From Chiloscyllium plagiosum (lineage: Eukaryota): a stretch of DNA of 64,000 nucleotides. This document shows positions 60,721 through 64,000 of the stretch, piece by piece. The notes beneath the pieces are model-generated. The model saw only the letters and a list, made by a program, of their open reading frames with translations, was not told where the DNA came from and did no database searches. The stretch is taken from contig NC_057718.1 in assembly GCF_004010195.1 (NCBI RefSeq), positions 8,925,267 through 8,989,266 of the forward strand, in the 5' to 3' direction. The translations under genes and the position numbers were made by a program. Numbering within the stretch: the stretch's first letter is position 1; each line of letters begins with the position of its first letter.

Positions 60721-62455
60721 GTGGGGCTTGCTGGATGAGGGGCTGATTACTGTCTGTTACAGGGGTGGTTGTAGGAATTGATTACACTGTGGAAGTGTAA
60801 GGGGGAAGGCTCTCACAGAGTCCTCTCTTGTCAGAAATACCAAATGCTTGGCTGGAACTGAAGTGGGTTCAGAAAATAATGTACTTGATGTACATAAAAT
60901 AATGTCATTTCACAAGGTGATTTAAAAACAGAGATTTTTATCTTTTTGTGATGAATTATATGGTGATCTTTAATACGGAATGTTACTGTGTCTGTTTTAG
61001 TGTCATTAGTGTCTGGGGTAAAATTAATTTTCTAAAATGGAGTCACACTGGAAGATTGCCTGGGAAGCGTTGGTCCACACATCACTTTTTCCTGAGTTCA
61101 CTTACCCCTTAAGAATATGAGCTTCTTGTGTAATGGAATAAAATTGTTTATCTTTCCTTAAAATGCTCTTCCCTAGGTGATTAGCAGCAGAATTGAAAGG
61201 AGGACTGTGTCGACATGTGTTTCTTTTTATCTATAAAGCCGGCATTTGCAACCTCCTGCTGGTGCCTGTGTATCATTACCTGCTTTAGGACTCCCTCAGG
61301 GCTATGAACATATGAACAATGAACAAGAGCAGACCATTCGGCCCTTCTAGCCAGCTCCGCCATTTAGTAAGATCATGGCTGGTCTGATATCAATCTCAAT
61401 TCTACATTCCGGCATACCTCCAATAATCTTTCATCCCCATGGTAACCAAGAATCTATTGTGCTCTGCCTTAAAAGCAATTCAGCAATTTTGCATCTATTG
61501 CTTGTTGAGCAATGGAATTCCAAAGACTCTCAACCCACTGACAGGAAAATACATTTCCTCACCTGTTTTACATGGATGACCCTTAAACTGAGGCCTGTAG
61601 TGTAGGCCGGGTGGTCTACCAGGAGTATTAAGTGTCCAGGCACATTAAGGATGCAGGGGTATTAAGAGTCATTTTAAAGGGACGTAGGGAGAGAATTAGA
61701 GTCTAGGGCCAGTGTTGCTGAAGGCACAGCCTCCATTGAAGAAAAGGAAGAATATTCATAAGATCATCAGAACTAGGAGCAGGAGTAGGCTATGTAGCCC
61801 ATCGAGCCTGCTCTGCCATTCAATAAGATCACAGCTGGTCTGATTTTAATCTCAACTCGACGTTCCTGCATCTCCCGATAATCTTTCATCACTTGGTGAT
61901 CAAAAATCTATCTCCCTCTGCCTGAAAAATATTTAAAGATTCTGCCCCCACTACCTTTTGATGAAGGGTATTCCAAAGGCTCACGCCCTTCTGAGAGAAA
62001 AGACATGTTTCTCACCTCTCTGTCAAATGGGTGCCCCATTGTATTTAAACTCTAACTCTCTCGTTCTAAACTTCCCCACAAGGGAAACACTCTTTCCACA
62101 TCCACCCAGTCAAGTCCCCTCAGGATCTTAAACGTTTCAATTCAGTCACCTCTGACTCTTCTAGGATACTTCACAACAATACTGGCCTTGCCTTTTCTCA
62201 TAAGGCAATCCAGTCAGTCCAGATATTAACCTAATAAACTTTCTCTGAACTACTTCCAATATATTAACTTCCTTCTGTAACTATGGTGAGCAGTACCATA
62301 TGCTGTACTCCAGCTGCAATTGAACCAATGATCTGTAAAACTGAAGCATGACCTCCACACTCTTGCATTCAATTCCCCTTGCAAGCAACAGAACAATCTG
62401 TTTGCTTTCCTGATGACTTGTTGTACCTGTACACTAACTTTCTATGATTCATTTT

Positions 62456-62666
62456 GAGAGCATGGTGCTGGAAAAGCACAGCAGGTCAGACAGCATCCGA
62501 GGAGCAGGAGAATCGACACTTCGGGCATAAGCCCCTCATTCCTGATGAAGGCCTTATGCCTGAAACGTCGATTCTCCTGCTCCTTGGATGCTGCCTGACC
62601 TGCTGTGCTTTTCCAGCACCACACTCTCGACTCTGATCTCCAGCATCTGCAGTCCTCACCTTCTCC
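62456..62666 (+). mobile_element. PLE family A head-to-head palindromic insertion
   Basis: 62456-62534 inverts 62550-62628; approximate TSD TTCTATGATTCA (62440-62451) / TTCTGTGATTGA (62667-62678). Confidence 0.88.
62538..62573 (+). ncRNA. Minimal hammerhead ribozyme motif (PLE family A)
   Basis: AUUC-CUGAUGA-AGGC(CUUAU)GCCU-GAAA-CG-UC-GAUU: intact core, 4-bp stem II, GUC cleavage triplet. Confidence 0.72.
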
Positions 62667-63344
62667 TTCTGTGATTGAGGCATTAGGACACTCAGATCCC
62701 TCTGCTCCCTCTATGCTCTTTAAGTTATTTTTTATTGTGCTGTAGGGACGGGTCAAGTGGAACAGGAGAATGGAACAAAGGCAGGTGCTATATCTATCAA
62801 TGACACATGCAAGGAGGTCACAGATATTACTGCGGCTCACAATCGGGTCAACTACCTCCCTAAAGACCAATGGTGAGAGCGAGCAGGTTCAGGACAGCAA
62901 CATGATGTCATGGTGCCTTCGAGAAGAAAAGCAAGACTTGCATTTATGTAGTGTCTTTCCCCACCTCAGGCTGTCTCACAGTGCTTTCCAGGCGATGAGG
63001 TACTTCCAGGAGGGTAGTGACTGCTGCAAGATGGGGAGTAGCCCCAGTATAAGAATATTCTGAAGGCCCGTGTTAAAAACTTTGCAAGATGCCAGGCTTG
63101 AAGACCAACATTCCTGAAGAAGTTCATGAGGAGGACAGTCATTATCTTTTGCTGCAAAATGCGGTGAGATAAAGACCATGGGTTGACGCTCAACAAACTG
63201 CTTGAATATCAAGCTGGCTCAGCCACCATTAGGACTTTCACCTGATGTTACAACTCGATTAGTCTGAGGTGTCTTTGATGGACATTGGCCAGCTAGCGGA
63301 AACCTTTCCAGGCAGACTCTCCTGCAACTAACACAGTTTTTTAG

Positions 63345-63678
63345 GGGATGAGGATGTCGCTGACCATTTATTGCCTGTCCCCAATTGCCCAGAGGGCAGT
63401 TAAGAGTCAACCACATTGCTGTGAGTCTGGAGTCACATGTAGGCCAGACCAGGTAAGGATGGCAGTTTCCTTCCCTAAAGGACATTAGTGAACCAGGTGG
63501 GTTTTTCCAACAACCAACAATGGATTTATAGTCATCATTAAACTCTGAATTCCAGATTTTCATTGGATTCGGATTTCACCATCTGCTGTGATGGGATTCC
63601 AAGCCGTTTCCCCAGAACATTACCTGGGTCTCTGGGTTAATAGTCTTATGATAATACCACTAGGCCTTCAACTCCCCA
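63345..63678 (-). mobile_element. 350-bp tRNA-SINE family, well preserved
   Basis: GAGGGCAGTTAAGAGTCAACCACATTGCTGTG..CCTTCCCTAAAGGACATTAGTGAACCAG..ATAATACCACTAGGCC. Confidence 0.9.
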
Positions 63679-64000
63679 ATGAGGGACATCTCCTCTTTGA
63701 CATTCACAGATAGGATTTCAGACTTTTCTCACTGTTGAAAGATGCCATCTCTGTTGGTTCTCTCTGGGAGTACCAGATGTATCTGCTGATAGCTGACACG
63801 ATCAGGGTACAATATCACAAAGGATGAATTGTAAAAGCATGTCCTAACAGGATGCCACACATTGGGAATGAAAACTAGGTGATGTAAACAAGACAGTAAC
63901 AACAACTTACACAACACCGTTAATGTGATTAAATGGAGCCCAAGGTATTTCACAAGAGAATCATTGAAGAAAATTGGATCTATACTCTCTCGAGTTGAGA

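Larger units (their letters stand above)
61305..62715 (-). mobile_element. Two old CR1 3' fragments (61305-61605, 61770-62715), the second split by a PLE palindrome
   Basis: CR1 tails GACCATTCGGCCC..AAGATCATGGCTG; CTGAACTACTTCCAAT..CTGTACTCCAGCTG. Confidence 0.8.

Overview
Repeat-dense vertebrate genomic DNA, very likely from a cartilaginous fish (shark): it carries HE1-type V-SINEs, HER1/CR1 LINEs and SacSINE/DeuSINE-like remnants (identified by recall of consensus motifs, no database search). I found no recognisable host protein-coding gene, so the window reads as a large intron or intergenic desert; the long ORFs are retroelement remnants, CA-repeat read-throughs or span N gaps. Content: many CR1 fragments (longest about 2.1 kb), Rex1/Babar fragments, one young Tx1/L1-clade 3' end with a 13-bp TSD, several SINE families, a Tigger/pogo-like MITE, Harbinger-like remnants, minisatellites and three assembly gaps. 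The most notable signal is at least four distinct Penelope-like element (PLE) families, each ending in a minimal type-I hammerhead ribozyme motif (CUGANGA - stem II - GAAA - palindromic mini stem III - UH). These are often inserted as short head-to-head palindromes with TSDs of about 7-16 bp. One insertion (about 52.6-53.0 kb) contains a copy of its own pre-insertion target site. A few repeat-free, CpG-retaining islands and candidate micro-exons are flagged at low confidence. Coordinates of decayed repeats are approximate.
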